Below are positions 19,194 to 28,600 of a stretch of DNA of 52,299 nucleotides, in pieces. The stretch comes from Acidobacteriota bacterium (GTDB taxonomy: Bacteria > Acidobacteriota > Vicinamibacteria > Vicinamibacterales > 2-12-FULL-66-21): contig JBKOZS010000228.1 in NCBI GenBank assembly GCA_046726015.1, positions 1 to 52,299 on the forward strand, in the 5' to 3' direction. The translations under genes were made by a program, and so were the position numbers. Within the stretch, counting starts at the first letter, position 1, and the number at the start of each line of letters is the position of its first letter. Below the pieces are notes generated by a model. It saw only the letters and a list, made by a program, of their open reading frames with translations, did not search any database and was not told where the DNA came from.

Positions 19194-19613
19194 CTACTTG
19201 CGGCGGCTCGAGCGACCCGCTTCTAACATTTGCTTCCGCAGCCGTTCGCGTTCTTCTTTTCGTCGTTCTGCGGTCTTGCGGGATGAGACAAAGATGGCCA
19301 CGAGTTCGTCCGCTTCCTTGATCAGTGCGGCGGCGGCTTCCTGCGTCGTAAAGCCGCTCCGGACGAGCAATTCCAACCAGCCCTTCGACTCATCCGCCTC
19401 CTCCGCAGCCACGCCCACCTTCGCGATGAATTCGTCGGGAGATCGCGCCCGACACGTTGCCCGGTAGTTGCTGTCCGTGGCGCCGGCCGAGTCGGTGAGC
19501 TGTTCGACGATCTGCCGGCAGGCCTTCGCGTCAGGTAGCTGTTCACAGAACTTGATCACCTGCGCCGCAAACTTCTGAGTGCGCTCTTGAAGCTCCAGGG
19601 CTTTTGGATTCAT
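19194..19613 (-). CDS. four-helix-bundle protein (23S rRNA intervening-sequence protein / Avd family)
   Basis: 139 aa. QLTDSAGATDSNYRATCRARSPDEFIAKVGVAAEEADESKGWLELL fits the family core (QL.RS..S...N..EA....S..DF..K......E..E...WL.L). Confidence 0.85.
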   Translation of the reverse strand: MNPKALELQERTQKFAAQVIKFCEQLPDAKACRQIVEQLTDSAGATDSNYRATCRARSPDEFIAKVGVAAEEADESKGWLELLVRSGFTTQEAAAALIKEADELVAIFVSSRKTAERRKEERERLRKQMLEAGRSSRRK

Positions 19614-19689
19614 GCCCTGGACATTGCATGGCGCACGCCACTGATCAAACGGGCCGATTTTCCGGCGATCGGCAGGAATTCCAAGTCGA

Positions 19690-19847
19690 ATTGCTGCAAT
19701 TTCCCCAATCCAATCCCCAATCGAAAATCAAGAAATCTCCAATCGTCAATCTCCAATCGCCAATCTCAATCCACAATCGTCAATCCCAATCATCAATCGA
19801 CAGTCGCCAATCCGTGAATCGGCAATCTGCAGTCGGCAATCGCCAAT
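19690..19847 (+). repeat. right arm: NNCAATC heptamers, inverted copy of the left arm
   Basis: It reads ...ccccaatc caatcc ccaatcg aaaatca ... ctccaatcg tcaatct ccaatcg ccaatct caatcca caatcg tcaatcc caatcat caatcga cagtcgc caatccgtgaatcgg caatctg cagtcgg caatcgc caat. By hand, the reverse complement of the outer 54 nt matches the outer 54 nt of the left arm at 47 positions. The arm ends 20 nt before the SSF gene ATG. Confidence 0.85.
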
Positions 19848-19866
19848 GTGCTAAGGTGGCTCCCCG

Positions 19867-21375
19867 ATGGGCTTTTCCACGATTGATTACATCGTCCTTC
19901 TTACGTATCTCGTGGGCATCACGGTCTTCGGGATGCAGTTCAAGAAGTCACATAAAAGCGTCAAAGACTATTTCGTCGGTGCGCGGAACACCCACTGGAT
20001 CATCATCTGCCTTTCGATCGTCGCCACCGAGACGAGCACGCTGACGCTCATCGGCGTTCCGGCGCTCGCCTACGCGAACTTTGCCAGGCCGGAACAGGGC
20101 GGCACGCTGACCTACCTCCAGGTGCTGATCGGCTACGTCGTCGGCCGGTTCATCATCGCCAGACTGTTCCTGCCGTCGTACTTCCGCGGTGAACTGCTGA
20201 CCGCGTATGCGCTGCTCGAGCAGCGGTTCGGGTCGGCAGCGCGCCACGTGGCCGCGTCGCTCTTTCTCGTGATGCGGGCGCTCGCGGAGGGAGTCCGCGT
20301 GTTTGCCGCGTCGCTGGTGCTGTCCGCCGTCCTCGCTTCGAGCTTCCCCGGCATCCCGCACCTGTGGCTGTGGTCGATCGCGCTCGTTGGCGTGCTGACG
20401 CTGATTTACACGTTCGAGGGGGGCATTGCCGCGGTCATCTGGACCGATCTGATCCAGTTCGTCATCTACATAGGCGGATCGCTGCTGGCGGCGTACCAGC
20501 TCCTGCACCTGACGCCGGGAGGCTGGCGTGGAATCGTCGAGACGGCCTCCGTGGCAGGCAAGCTCCAGGTGTTGTCGTTTTCGACGGACCTGACGGTGCC
20601 GTTTACGTTCTGGGCGGGCGTGATTGGCGGCACCTTCCTGACGAACGCGAGCCACGGGACCGATCAGCTGCTGGTGCAGCGGCTGCTCACGTGCAAGAAC
20701 CTGCGCGATAGCCAGAAGGCAATCATCACCAGCGGCTTCATCGTGCTGGGGCAGTTCGTGCTGTTCCTTGGCATCGGGATCATGCTGTTCGCGTATTACC
20801 AGTCGGTGCCGCAGCCCGCGATCACGACCAACGACGAAATCTTCCCGCGCTTCATCGTGACCACGCTGCCGCACGGCGTATCCGGCCTGGTCATTGCGGC
20901 GATTTTCGCCGCCGCGATGTCGAATCTCAGTGGATCACTGAACTCGCTGGCCTCGACAACCGTTATTGACTTCTATCAGCCGCTTGCCGGCGGCAACGTG
21001 CCCGACCGCCGCCTGCTGGCGCTGTCGCGGTGGTGCACGGCCGCCTGGGGCGTCGTGTTGATCCTCATCGCGGTCGTCGCGCGGGGCTGGGGTTCCGTGT
21101 TCACCGCGGGGCTCACCGTCGCGTCGATCGTCTATGGACCGATGCTGGGCGCCTTCGTGCTCGGCGTGTTGACGAACCGCGCGAATGCGACCGGTGTGAT
21201 CGCGGGCATGGCAGTGTCGTCCGCATCAATGATCGTGATCTGGGCGACCACGAAGCTCGCGTGGACGTGGTACGTGCTCGTGGGATTTGCGATCTGCTGG
21301 ATGGTGGGGTACCTGGTCAGCATGGTGACCGCGCAGGTCAGCCAGGCCGCACAAACCGAAGGAAGGCAGGCATAG
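19867..21375 (+). CDS. sodium:solute symporter (SSF) family transporter
   Basis: 502 aa, polytopic. The N-terminus DYIVLLTYLVGITVFG...KSVKDYFVGARN and the overall pattern are typical of SSF permeases. Confidence 0.85.
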   Translation: MGFSTIDYIVLLTYLVGITVFGMQFKKSHKSVKDYFVGARNTHWIIICLSIVATETSTLTLIGVPALAYANFARPEQGGTLTYLQVLIGYVVGRFIIARLFLPSYFRGELLTAYALLEQRFGSAARHVAASLFLVMRALAEGVRVFAASLVLSAVLASSFPGIPHLWLWSIALVGVLTLIYTFEGGIAAVIWTDLIQFVIYIGGSLLAAYQLLHLTPGGWRGIVETASVAGKLQVLSFSTDLTVPFTFWAGVIGGTFLTNASHGTDQLLVQRLLTCKNLRDSQKAIITSGFIVLGQFVLFLGIGIMLFAYYQSVPQPAITTNDEIFPRFIVTTLPHGVSGLVIAAIFAAAMSNLSGSLNSLASTTVIDFYQPLAGGNVPDRRLLALSRWCTAAWGVVLILIAVVARGWGSVFTAGLTVASIVYGPMLGAFVLGVLTNRANATGVIAGMAVSSASMIVIWATTKLAWTWYVLVGFAICWMVGYLVSMVTAQVSQAAQTEGRQA

Positions 21376-23847
21376 GTGACGTCGCTGGCCTCGGATATCC
21401 GGTACGCCGTCCGCGTCCTTTTCAAGAACCCGCGATTCAGCCTCGTCGCCATCGCGGCGGTTGCGCTCGGTGTCGGGGCCAACGCGGCCATCTTTTCCGT
21501 CGTCAACGCGGTGCTGCTGCAGCCGGTCCCGTATCCTGACGCGGATCGCCTGGTGCGCGTGTGCCGCGAGTTCGACGGCAATCCACAGTGTGCGACCTCG
21601 ATTCCAAAGTTCCTGACATGGGCGCGTTCCACGTCATTCACTGGCATAGCCGCGTACGATTTCGCCGGGCCGGGCCTGAACCTGAGCGGCGGCGATCGCC
21701 CTCAGCAGGTGAAAGGCATCCACGTCTCCGAAGGCTACTTCCGGGTGTTTGGCGTGTCGCCAATGATCGGCAGAACCTTCGCGCCGGAGGAAGATCGTCC
21801 GGGCGACGCCAGGGTCGCGGTGCTCTCCTACAGACTGTGGTCGACACACTTCGCGCGTGACGAGGCGATTGCCGGCAAGCCGATCTCGTTGAACGGCGAT
21901 GCTTACATTGTCGTGGGCGTGCTGCCGCAGCGGTTCCGATCCGACCCGGACGCCGACGTGTTCATTCCCTTGCAGGCCGACCCGAACAGCACGAACCAGG
22001 GGCACTTCCTCGCGGTAGCGGCCCGTCTCAAGCCGGGCCTGACCGTCGAGTCCGCGCGCGCCGAAATGGCGCTGCTCGGCAACGAGTTCCGTCGCGCCAA
22101 TCCGAGATGGATGTCGGAGAACGAGCGGGTCGGCGTCTACGCGATGCGCGACATTGCGGTCCGCGACGTCCGTCCGGCGCTTCTCATCCTGCTGGGCGCG
22201 GTCGGCCTCGTGCTGCTGATGGCCTGTGCGAACGTTGCGAACCTGCTGCTCGCGCGCGCGGCGGGACGTCAGCGCGAGGTCGCGATTCGTGCGGCGGTTG
22301 GCGCGGGTCGTGGACAGATCGTTCGTCAATTGCTCATCGAGTCGCTGCTCTTGTCGAGCATTGGCGCCATTGCCGGCGTCGTGGCTGGCGTGTGGAGCGC
22401 GCGAGCGCTGCTGGCAGTCAGTCCGGGCGGTCTGCCGCGCGTCGATGATCTCGCAACCGCGCCTGTCTGGTCCTCGCTGCTCGACTGGCGCGTGCTGGCG
22501 TTCGCGGTTGGCGCCTCGCTGGTCACCGGGCTGCTGTTCGGCATCGCGCCGGCCCTGCACCTCGCGCGCGCTGACCTGGGCGCCACGCTGAAGGATGCCG
22601 GCGGACGCGGCGGAAGCAGCCGTCATGCGGCACGCACCCGCGGGTTGCTGGTTGTCGTCGAAATCGCGCTGGCGCTGGTGCTGCTCGTCGGCGCCGCCCT
22701 CCTCATTCGAACCTTCATGGGCTTGCGCGCTGTGCAGCCGGGATTCGAGGCGCACAATGTGCTGACGTTCCAGACATCGCTGGCCGGAACGAAATACGCG
22801 ACAACGCAAGGCGTCAGTCAGTTGGTGACGACAATGACGCAGCGCATCGATGCGCTGCCCGGCGTCGAAGCCACCGCCACGGTCATCACGCTGCCAACCG
22901 AGGGCGGCGTCGATCTCCCGTTCAGAATCGAGGGGCGTCGCCTGGAAGGAGACTCCCCGTACCACGGCGATGAGCAATGGCGCTCCGTCTCGGCCGAATA
23001 CTTTCGTGCGCTCTCGATTCCTGTGTTGCGCGGGCGCGGTTTTGACCTGCGCGATGTCGCTGGTGCGACGCCGGTCGTGGTAATCAATGACGCCATGGCG
23101 AAGAAGTTCTGGAAGGATGGCGATCCGATCCATCAGCGGATCACGATTGGCAAGGGGCTCGGACCGGAGTTCGACGACCCGACACGGGAGATCGTCGGCA
23201 TCGTTGGCAACGTGAAGGAGAACGGCCTCGACCAGGACACGCCGCCGGTGATGTACTTGCCGGCGCCGCAGATCTCCGACGGCTTGACGCGGCTGGCGAA
23301 CAGCGTGATTCCCGCGTCGTGGATCGTCAAGACGGTGGGCACTCCCACCGGATTGACGGCACAGATCCAGAAGGAATTTCTCGCCGTCGACGCGCAGCTG
23401 CCAATGTCGCGCATCAGGACGATGGAGCAGGTCGTGTCGAGTTCGATCGCGCGGCAAAACTTCAACATGTTGCTGCTGATGATTTTCGGCGCGATTGCGT
23501 TGCTGCTGGCAGCGATTGGCATCTATGGATTGATGTCGTACTCGGTCGAGCAGGCCACGCACGACATCGGCGTGCGGATGGCCCTGGGGGCCGCGCGCGG
23601 CGACATCCTGTCGCTGGTTGTGGCTCGTGGAATGAAGCTCGCCGGTATTGGGCTCGTGGCGGGGATTGCGGCAGCGTTTGCCGCAGCGCGCCTGCTCTCG
23701 CGGATGCTGTTCGGCGTCAAGCCGACCGATCCCGCCACCTACCTTGCGGTTGCCGTCTCGCTCGCGATCGTCGCGTTCTTCGCGTGCTATCTGCCTGCGC
23801 GCCGCGCGATGCGGATCGATCCGCTGATTGCGCTGCGTTCCGAGTAA
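21376..23847 (+). CDS. ADOP-family duplicated FtsX/MacB-like ABC permease
   Basis: 823 aa with a GTG start directly after the SSF stop codon. The N-terminus DIRYAVRVLFKNPRFSLVAIAAVALGVGANAAIFSVVNAVLLQPVPYPDADRLV is the characteristic start of acidobacterial duplicated orphan permeases. There are two FtsX-type 4-TM modules. Confidence 0.9.
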   Translation: MTSLASDIRYAVRVLFKNPRFSLVAIAAVALGVGANAAIFSVVNAVLLQPVPYPDADRLVRVCREFDGNPQCATSIPKFLTWARSTSFTGIAAYDFAGPGLNLSGGDRPQQVKGIHVSEGYFRVFGVSPMIGRTFAPEEDRPGDARVAVLSYRLWSTHFARDEAIAGKPISLNGDAYIVVGVLPQRFRSDPDADVFIPLQADPNSTNQGHFLAVAARLKPGLTVESARAEMALLGNEFRRANPRWMSENERVGVYAMRDIAVRDVRPALLILLGAVGLVLLMACANVANLLLARAAGRQREVAIRAAVGAGRGQIVRQLLIESLLLSSIGAIAGVVAGVWSARALLAVSPGGLPRVDDLATAPVWSSLLDWRVLAFAVGASLVTGLLFGIAPALHLARADLGATLKDAGGRGGSSRHAARTRGLLVVVEIALALVLLVGAALLIRTFMGLRAVQPGFEAHNVLTFQTSLAGTKYATTQGVSQLVTTMTQRIDALPGVEATATVITLPTEGGVDLPFRIEGRRLEGDSPYHGDEQWRSVSAEYFRALSIPVLRGRGFDLRDVAGATPVVVINDAMAKKFWKDGDPIHQRITIGKGLGPEFDDPTREIVGIVGNVKENGLDQDTPPVMYLPAPQISDGLTRLANSVIPASWIVKTVGTPTGLTAQIQKEFLAVDAQLPMSRIRTMEQVVSSSIARQNFNMLLLMIFGAIALLLAAIGIYGLMSYSVEQATHDIGVRMALGAARGDILSLVVARGMKLAGIGLVAGIAAAFAAARLLSRMLFGVKPTDPATYLAVAVSLAIVAFFACYLPARRAMRIDPLIALRSE

Positions 23848-23853
23848 TCCCCC

Positions 23854-26619
23854 TTACCGCGGCACGATCGTCGTGTCGTTGGTCGGCGCGCCCGGCGCCT
23901 TCGTCAGGTACTGCGCGGGGCTGATGACGATCTGGTCGATGAAGATGCCGTCTTCGCGCTGTTGAATGCGAAGTGTCTGAGGCCCCGCCTGGGAAAACGT
24001 GACGGGGGCCGCAACGCTTGCCCACCCCGCGTCGTTCCAGCCCCACCCCGCAATCGGTGCGCCGCTGAAGTCCTGCAGGACGACCGCCGCTGCATCCTGC
24101 GTTCCGATCCGCGCGACCGGTTGAGCCGAGGCATCGACGGCGCCGCTGAACTGCACGTACACGGAATCGTTGGACGCCGAGTTGCGATCCGCGCGCATCC
24201 GCAGCCAGACCTGGTATGAAACGCCGGCCTGGGCGTTGAACGGCACGTCCACGAACGACGCGGGGGAGGCCAGCGCCGTAGCAATCTTTGGCGCGCCGAG
24301 ATCCGCGTTCGAAAGGGCCACCCCGCCGGCAGCGGTCGTGTCTTCCGCCAGTGTCCACCTGCCGTGAATGTTCGCGGATGGAACGTCTGCCGCGAACACG
24401 ACAATCTCTCGAGGTGTGGTTGCGCCGGCCTGCGGCGTCGTCAGAATAGTCGAGTCGTTCTTCAGCGACCCCGGAGCACGGGACAGGTAGTTGCGCGCGG
24501 AGAGGACGACTTGATCGATGGAGATGCCGTCTTCGCGCGTCTGAATCCGGATGGTGTGCGGTCCTGGTTGCGAGAAGGTCACGATCGGGCCGAGCGCACC
24601 CGCGCCCCAGCCGTTGTCCTGCCATCCCCATCCCGAGAGCCCGCAGCGGTCGCAGTCCTCGAGATTCACGGTCGTGGCCGACGTGGTTCCACCGCGCCAC
24701 ACCGGTGCGCCGGCGGCATCCACGCTGTCGCTGAACTGCACGAAGACGGAATCGATGTTCCACGCATTGGATTCCGCTTTCCCGCGCAGCCACAGGCGGT
24801 ACGTTTTTCCCGCGTCCGCAACGAAGGTCAGCTCGAAGTAGTTGAGGGGACTGGCCAGCGCCGAGGAGAGCTTCGCTGCGCCCGCGTTGGGATGGACCAG
24901 GAGCGCACCACTCGCTGCGGCGGGATCTGCCACGCGGCGCCACGCACCCGCGACCTTCGTTGCGTCAACCGCGAACAGGACGATCTCGTCGTTCACCGCA
25001 GCTGTCCGCTCGTGCGCGCCGATATCGTAGCCTGCCCCGTGGGGAAGGGGCGCGCCGTAGAAGTCAGAACTCCCACTCGAGACACCGAACCGGGCCGCGA
25101 GGTCGAGTCCGGCATCGATCATGGCGGATCCGTCGCGCAGCTGATACGCGTCGATGCTCTCCAGCCGATCCGCATCGTCCAGTGTCGCGCCAGCCCCGGC
25201 GGCGTTCAGTTGCGGATCGACGGAGAACCCGGTTGCAACGCCTGCAACCATCTCCTGGCCTGAGTTCCGCCAGTCGGCAACCGTGCCGTACGTCGAGGTT
25301 CCCCAGAGAAGCCGCAGGCCACTGCCGCTCGCGTAGTAATTGTTCCCCTCGAAGCGGACGTTGGTCGACGAAACCTGGCTGGCGCTCACATCGATCACGG
25401 GAAGTCCACCTGAGGTGATCAGGATGTTGTTACGAATGCGCAATGCCGTGACCCGCCGGTCGGGTGCTCCAGCATTCCACACGCGAATCGCGGACGGGCG
25501 CCCGCTCAACGCCGGCGAGACGAAGACGGTGTTGTTGTAAATGTCCGCGTCAATCGTCCTGCCCCACACTTCGATGCCCGCGTACGAGTTCTTCCGGCCG
25601 TCGTTCTGAGAGATGTTGTACCGGACCACGTTCGCGCGATGGGTATCATTCGCGGGCGCATGGGCGAGGAGGTAGCCGGCGCCGTCGTTGTCGTGCGAGT
25701 AGTTGTACTGAAGCACGGAGTTGGAGACGTTCTGATCGAGATCGAACCCGCCACCATCGGCCGAACTTGCGGTGTGGTTGTCGTAGGACTCGTTGTGCTG
25801 AATCACCACGTCGTTCGAGTCATACGTCCAGATACCGACGGGCCCGCCGACGGTCGCGCACAGGCGGCCATTGCCGTGCGCGACCGAGCGTTCGATGACA
25901 CCGCCACTCACGCCCGAAAGCACGATGCCGCTCCCCGTATTCGACGTCGCGGCGGGGATGCCCGGATTGTCGTACGCGCGCACGTGACCCACGTACACCT
26001 GCTCGTGGCTGCCCGCTAATTGCGCGTAGACGAAGATGCCGGTGCGCGCGTTGCCATGTGTCGAGGCGTTCGTGATGCGAACGTCGCGGAACCCGGCGTG
26101 ATTGTTCCAGGCGCCGATCTCGATGCCGTCGCGACCGAATCCGCTGACGTCGACAGTGTCGATACGCACGTAGGACGACTTCGCATCGGCTGCGAGATCA
26201 CTATAGAAGACGATACCGCTGGCGGTTCCGCCATCGCCGACGAGCGTGAGGTTGGAAATGGCGTATCCCGCGGCGTTGTAGACAGAAATTCCGGCGCCCG
26301 TTCCGGCGGCAATCGTCGCGCGCCCCGTTCCATACGATGTGATCGTGATAGGAGACGTGGAGGATCCGGCATCTCCCGCGTCGAACGCCATCCCTCCGCT
26401 GAAGGTGTCGCCACCACGGAGCAACACGCGATCGCCCGGCAACAGACGCACCGAGTTCAGACGGGCGAACGATTGCCATGGCGCCGCAGGCGAGGTGCCC
26501 GCATTCGCGTCGTTGCCAGCCAGGCTGATGTAGTAATCAGCCGCATATGTCGGGGAAGCAAGCGCAAAGACACAGAGTAAGAGAGCGTACGCGTAAATGG
26601 GTCGCTTGAGGAGCAGCAC
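23854..26619 (-). CDS. secreted right-handed parallel beta-helix protein with two C-terminal ~190-aa CBM-like modules
   Basis: 921 aa with a signal peptide (LLLCVFALASPTYA). The N-terminus YYISLAGNDANAGTSPAAPWQSF is typical of beta-helix (pectate-lyase-fold) proteins. It has repeated NxxxG/HDN turns. The C-terminus holds two paralogous modules, each beginning EIV(L/V)FA and ending ...GWGW.D.GW...TFS..GP.T.RIQ.REDG..IDQ.V.S. Confidence 0.8.
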   Translation of the reverse strand: MLLLKRPIYAYALLLCVFALASPTYAADYYISLAGNDANAGTSPAAPWQSFARLNSVRLLPGDRVLLRGGDTFSGGMAFDAGDAGSSTSPITITSYGTGRATIAAGTGAGISVYNAAGYAISNLTLVGDGGTASGIVFYSDLAADAKSSYVRIDTVDVSGFGRDGIEIGAWNNHAGFRDVRITNASTHGNARTGIFVYAQLAGSHEQVYVGHVRAYDNPGIPAATSNTGSGIVLSGVSGGVIERSVAHGNGRLCATVGGPVGIWTYDSNDVVIQHNESYDNHTASSADGGGFDLDQNVSNSVLQYNYSHDNDGAGYLLAHAPANDTHRANVVRYNISQNDGRKNSYAGIEVWGRTIDADIYNNTVFVSPALSGRPSAIRVWNAGAPDRRVTALRIRNNILITSGGLPVIDVSASQVSSTNVRFEGNNYYASGSGLRLLWGTSTYGTVADWRNSGQEMVAGVATGFSVDPQLNAAGAGATLDDADRLESIDAYQLRDGSAMIDAGLDLAARFGVSSGSSDFYGAPLPHGAGYDIGAHERTAAVNDEIVLFAVDATKVAGAWRRVADPAAASGALLVHPNAGAAKLSSALASPLNYFELTFVADAGKTYRLWLRGKAESNAWNIDSVFVQFSDSVDAAGAPVWRGGTTSATTVNLEDCDRCGLSGWGWQDNGWGAGALGPIVTFSQPGPHTIRIQTREDGISIDQVVLSARNYLSRAPGSLKNDSTILTTPQAGATTPREIVVFAADVPSANIHGRWTLAEDTTAAGGVALSNADLGAPKIATALASPASFVDVPFNAQAGVSYQVWLRMRADRNSASNDSVYVQFSGAVDASAQPVARIGTQDAAAVVLQDFSGAPIAGWGWNDAGWASVAAPVTFSQAGPQTLRIQQREDGIFIDQIVISPAQYLTKAPGAPTNDTTIVPR

Positions 26620-26767
26620 AACACCTCACACCGGTGAACGTCAGTAAACGTCGAATGTCGTGAGAACGCCCCGCTGTAAAGCAAGGCTCTGACCGCGCTG
26701 GCGTCAGTCCGTAACATGTTGTAAACGCGGGTGATAGCGAACTGGCGCCTCGCGAATGACTCTCGGG

Positions 26768-26788
26768 GTGACGTCGTCACATGACGAC
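26768..26788. promoter_or_regulatory. overlapping palindromes upstream of the copper module (candidate operator)
   Basis: In gtgacgtcgtcacatgacgac, GTGAC-gtc-GTCAC overlaps GTCGTCA-ca-TGACGAC (a 7-bp perfect inverted repeat). It lies about 55 nt upstream of the ATG at 26844, and a TAAGAT box lies 8 nt upstream of that ATG. No binding protein is identified. Confidence 0.3.
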
Positions 26789-26843
26789 ACGACGGCACTC
26801 GCGCCCGAGCTCTCGACGAGCGCGAGTGCTAAGATCGGCAGAG

Positions 26844-27227
26844 ATGTCCCGCGTCGCCTCACTCGTGCTGGCGTGCCTGGTTGCGCTCTCGCCCATCCTC
26901 GGAGGAGAGTGTCGGCTGCGCTGCCATCACCAGGTCGCGTGTCACGACGAATCGAGTTCGACGTCTGCGGACGCGCCGTGTCATGAACCAGCGGACGCGC
27001 TGAACCCTGTCGCGACGGCTGCGCGCAGCGCATGCCAGGCCCCCTCGTCTGCAGCCCCTGCGCTGCGCCCCTCGAACGACACGTCGCTTCGAACGGACTC
27101 CGCATCGGCACCGATTAGCGCGAATCACCTGGTCATGACGGTCGCGGGATCGACTGCAACGGCGGTAGTTCCGCCGGGCTCCGCTCTCCACGCTGCTGGC
27201 GTTCATTCGACTCCTCTGCGCCTGTAA
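26844..27227 (+). CDS. small secreted Cys/His-rich protein (putative metal-binding)
   Basis: Track ORF 26781..27227; I prefer the ATG at 26844 (MSRVASLVLACLVALSPILGG, signal-like). A cluster ECRLRCHHQVACHDE...APCHEP follows. It sits at the head of the copper module. Confidence 0.45.
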   Translation: MSRVASLVLACLVALSPILGGECRLRCHHQVACHDESSSTSADAPCHEPADALNPVATAARSACQAPSSAAPALRPSNDTSLRTDSASAPISANHLVMTVAGSTATAVVPPGSALHAAGVHSTPLRL

Positions 27228-27233
27228 AGACAA

Positions 27234-27258
27234 GCGCCTCACCTGATCGCTGAGGCGC
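27234..27258 (+). terminator. stem-loop after the small Cys/His gene
   Basis: gcgcctca-cctgatcgc-tgaggcgc forms an 8-bp perfect stem. It is followed by a pyrimidine-rich stretch (gttgtccctctcttttcc). Confidence 0.4.
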
Positions 27259-27355
27259 AGGTTGTCCCTCTCTTTTCCGCAGCCTGCTAATTCCAGCCAT
27301 CGGTTCGGTCACCACTGATGGCCGCGCACGGGTCGCGCGTTGGGGAGAATCACTC

Positions 27356-28600
27356 ATGTTTCGTTCGATCGGCGGGTACACCGCGGCAGCACTGCTGCTG
27401 TTCGGCACGGCGCACGCAGACGCCCAGGAGGCAGGGCATCAACAGCACCACATGCAGTCGACTGGCTCCGAGTGGACGTTCATGCAGGATGGAATCGTCT
27501 ACGGCCTCTTCAATCACCAGGGAGGACCGCGTGGGGGAGACGAATTCAAGGTGCCCAACTGGTGGATGGGAATGTGGTCGCGTCCAACCGGCAAATCACA
27601 GCTCACGTTGACGACGATGTTGAGCCTGGATGCGGCGACAGTGGGCACGCGTGGCTATGGCGAGATCTTCCAGGTGGGCGAGGCCGTTGACGACCGTCCG
27701 CTGGTGGACCGCCAGCATCCGCACGACCTGTTCATGCAACTCGCGGCGATCTGGCGCGTGCCGTTGAGCGACCGAACGGGGCTCACGCTCGCGGGTGCGC
27801 CATCAGGCGAGCCGGCTCTTGGGCCTGTTGCCTTCATGCATCGACCATCGGCGGCGGACATACCGTTGGCGCCGCTGGGTCATCACACCTTCGATTCAAC
27901 GCACGTCGCCTTCGGCGTCGTCACGGCGGCGGTCGATCGCGGGCCGTGGACCTTCGAGGGATCCGTGTTCAACGGGCGAGAGCCGGACCAGGATCGATGG
28001 AACTTCGATTTCGGCAGAATGGACTCCGTTTCTGGCCGGATCTGGTTCAAGCCGAACGCAAACTGGGATCTCCAGGTCTCGACCGGGCATCTCAAGGATC
28101 CAGAAGAACTCGAACCCGGCAACATTCAGCGCACGACCGCATCCGTCGCCTGGATGAACCGCGGCACTGACGACTTCAGCGCCGTCACGGTCGGGTATGG
28201 CGTCAACAATACCGATCACGGCACGCGGCACGCCGTGTTTGCAGAGGGCACGCGCAGCTTCAGCATGGCGGCCGTGTTCGGGCGGGCCGAGGTCGTCCAG
28301 GTGGAAACGGCACTGCTGCTGAGCGGGCAGGTCCATTCCGAGCTGAGCGCCAGGAGCGATACCGTCGGGGCCTTTACGGTGGGCGCCGTGCGCGATCTGC
28401 CACACTGGCGAGGATTCGAGGCGGGCCTTGGAGCCGGCGTGACGCTTTACGCCGTGCCCGGGATCTTGAAGCCGACACATGGATCGAGGCCGGTGTCGTT
28501 CCAGGTCTTTTTCCGCGTACGCCCGCCGGTCAGCCGGATGGGGCGAATGTGGAACATGCGCATGTCGGCGCCGGTCAATCACGCCATGCGGCATGAATGA
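27356..28600 (+). CDS. His-rich periplasmic/outer-membrane-like protein associated with the Cu ATPase
   Basis: 414 aa with a signal peptide ([15 protein letters not shown]). The mature N-terminus is [11 protein letters not shown]. It has a DRQHPHD block, alternating beta-like segments and a His/Met-rich tail ([17 protein letters not shown]). Its stop overlaps the ATPase ATG (ATGA). The fold assignment is an inference. Confidence 0.55.
   Translation: MFRSIGGYTAAALLLFGTAHADAQEAGHQQHHMQSTGSEWTFMQDGIVYGLFNHQGGPRGGDEFKVPNWWMGMWSRPTGKSQLTLTTMLSLDAATVGTRGYGEIFQVGEAVDDRPLVDRQHPHDLFMQLAAIWRVPLSDRTGLTLAGAPSGEPALGPVAFMHRPSAADIPLAPLGHHTFDSTHVAFGVVTAAVDRGPWTFEGSVFNGREPDQDRWNFDFGRMDSVSGRIWFKPNANWDLQVSTGHLKDPEELEPGNIQRTTASVAWMNRGTDDFSAVTVGYGVNNTDHGTRHAVFAEGTRSFSMAAVFGRAEVVQVETALLLSGQVHSELSARSDTVGAFTVGAVRDLPHWRGFEAGLGAGVTLYAVPGILKPTHGSRPVSFQVFFRVRPPVSRMGRMWNMRMSAPVNHAMRHE

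Larger units (their letters stand above)
19035..19847. mobile_element. IVS-like hairpin cassette: four-helix-bundle gene flanked by inverted heptamer-repeat arms
   Basis: The two arms (19035..19193 and 19690..19847) are reverse complements of each other, aligned from the outer ends inward. The only ORF between them is the 139-aa gene. Mobility is inferred from the architecture, not demonstrated. Confidence 0.5.

Noticed and set aside
19194-19613. Diversity-generating retroelement, since the four-helix-bundle protein belongs to the Avd family
   Set aside because: There is no reverse transcriptase gene and no template/variable repeat pair with adenine-specific differences anywhere in the window. 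Differences among the giant protein's repeats are not adenine-restricted.
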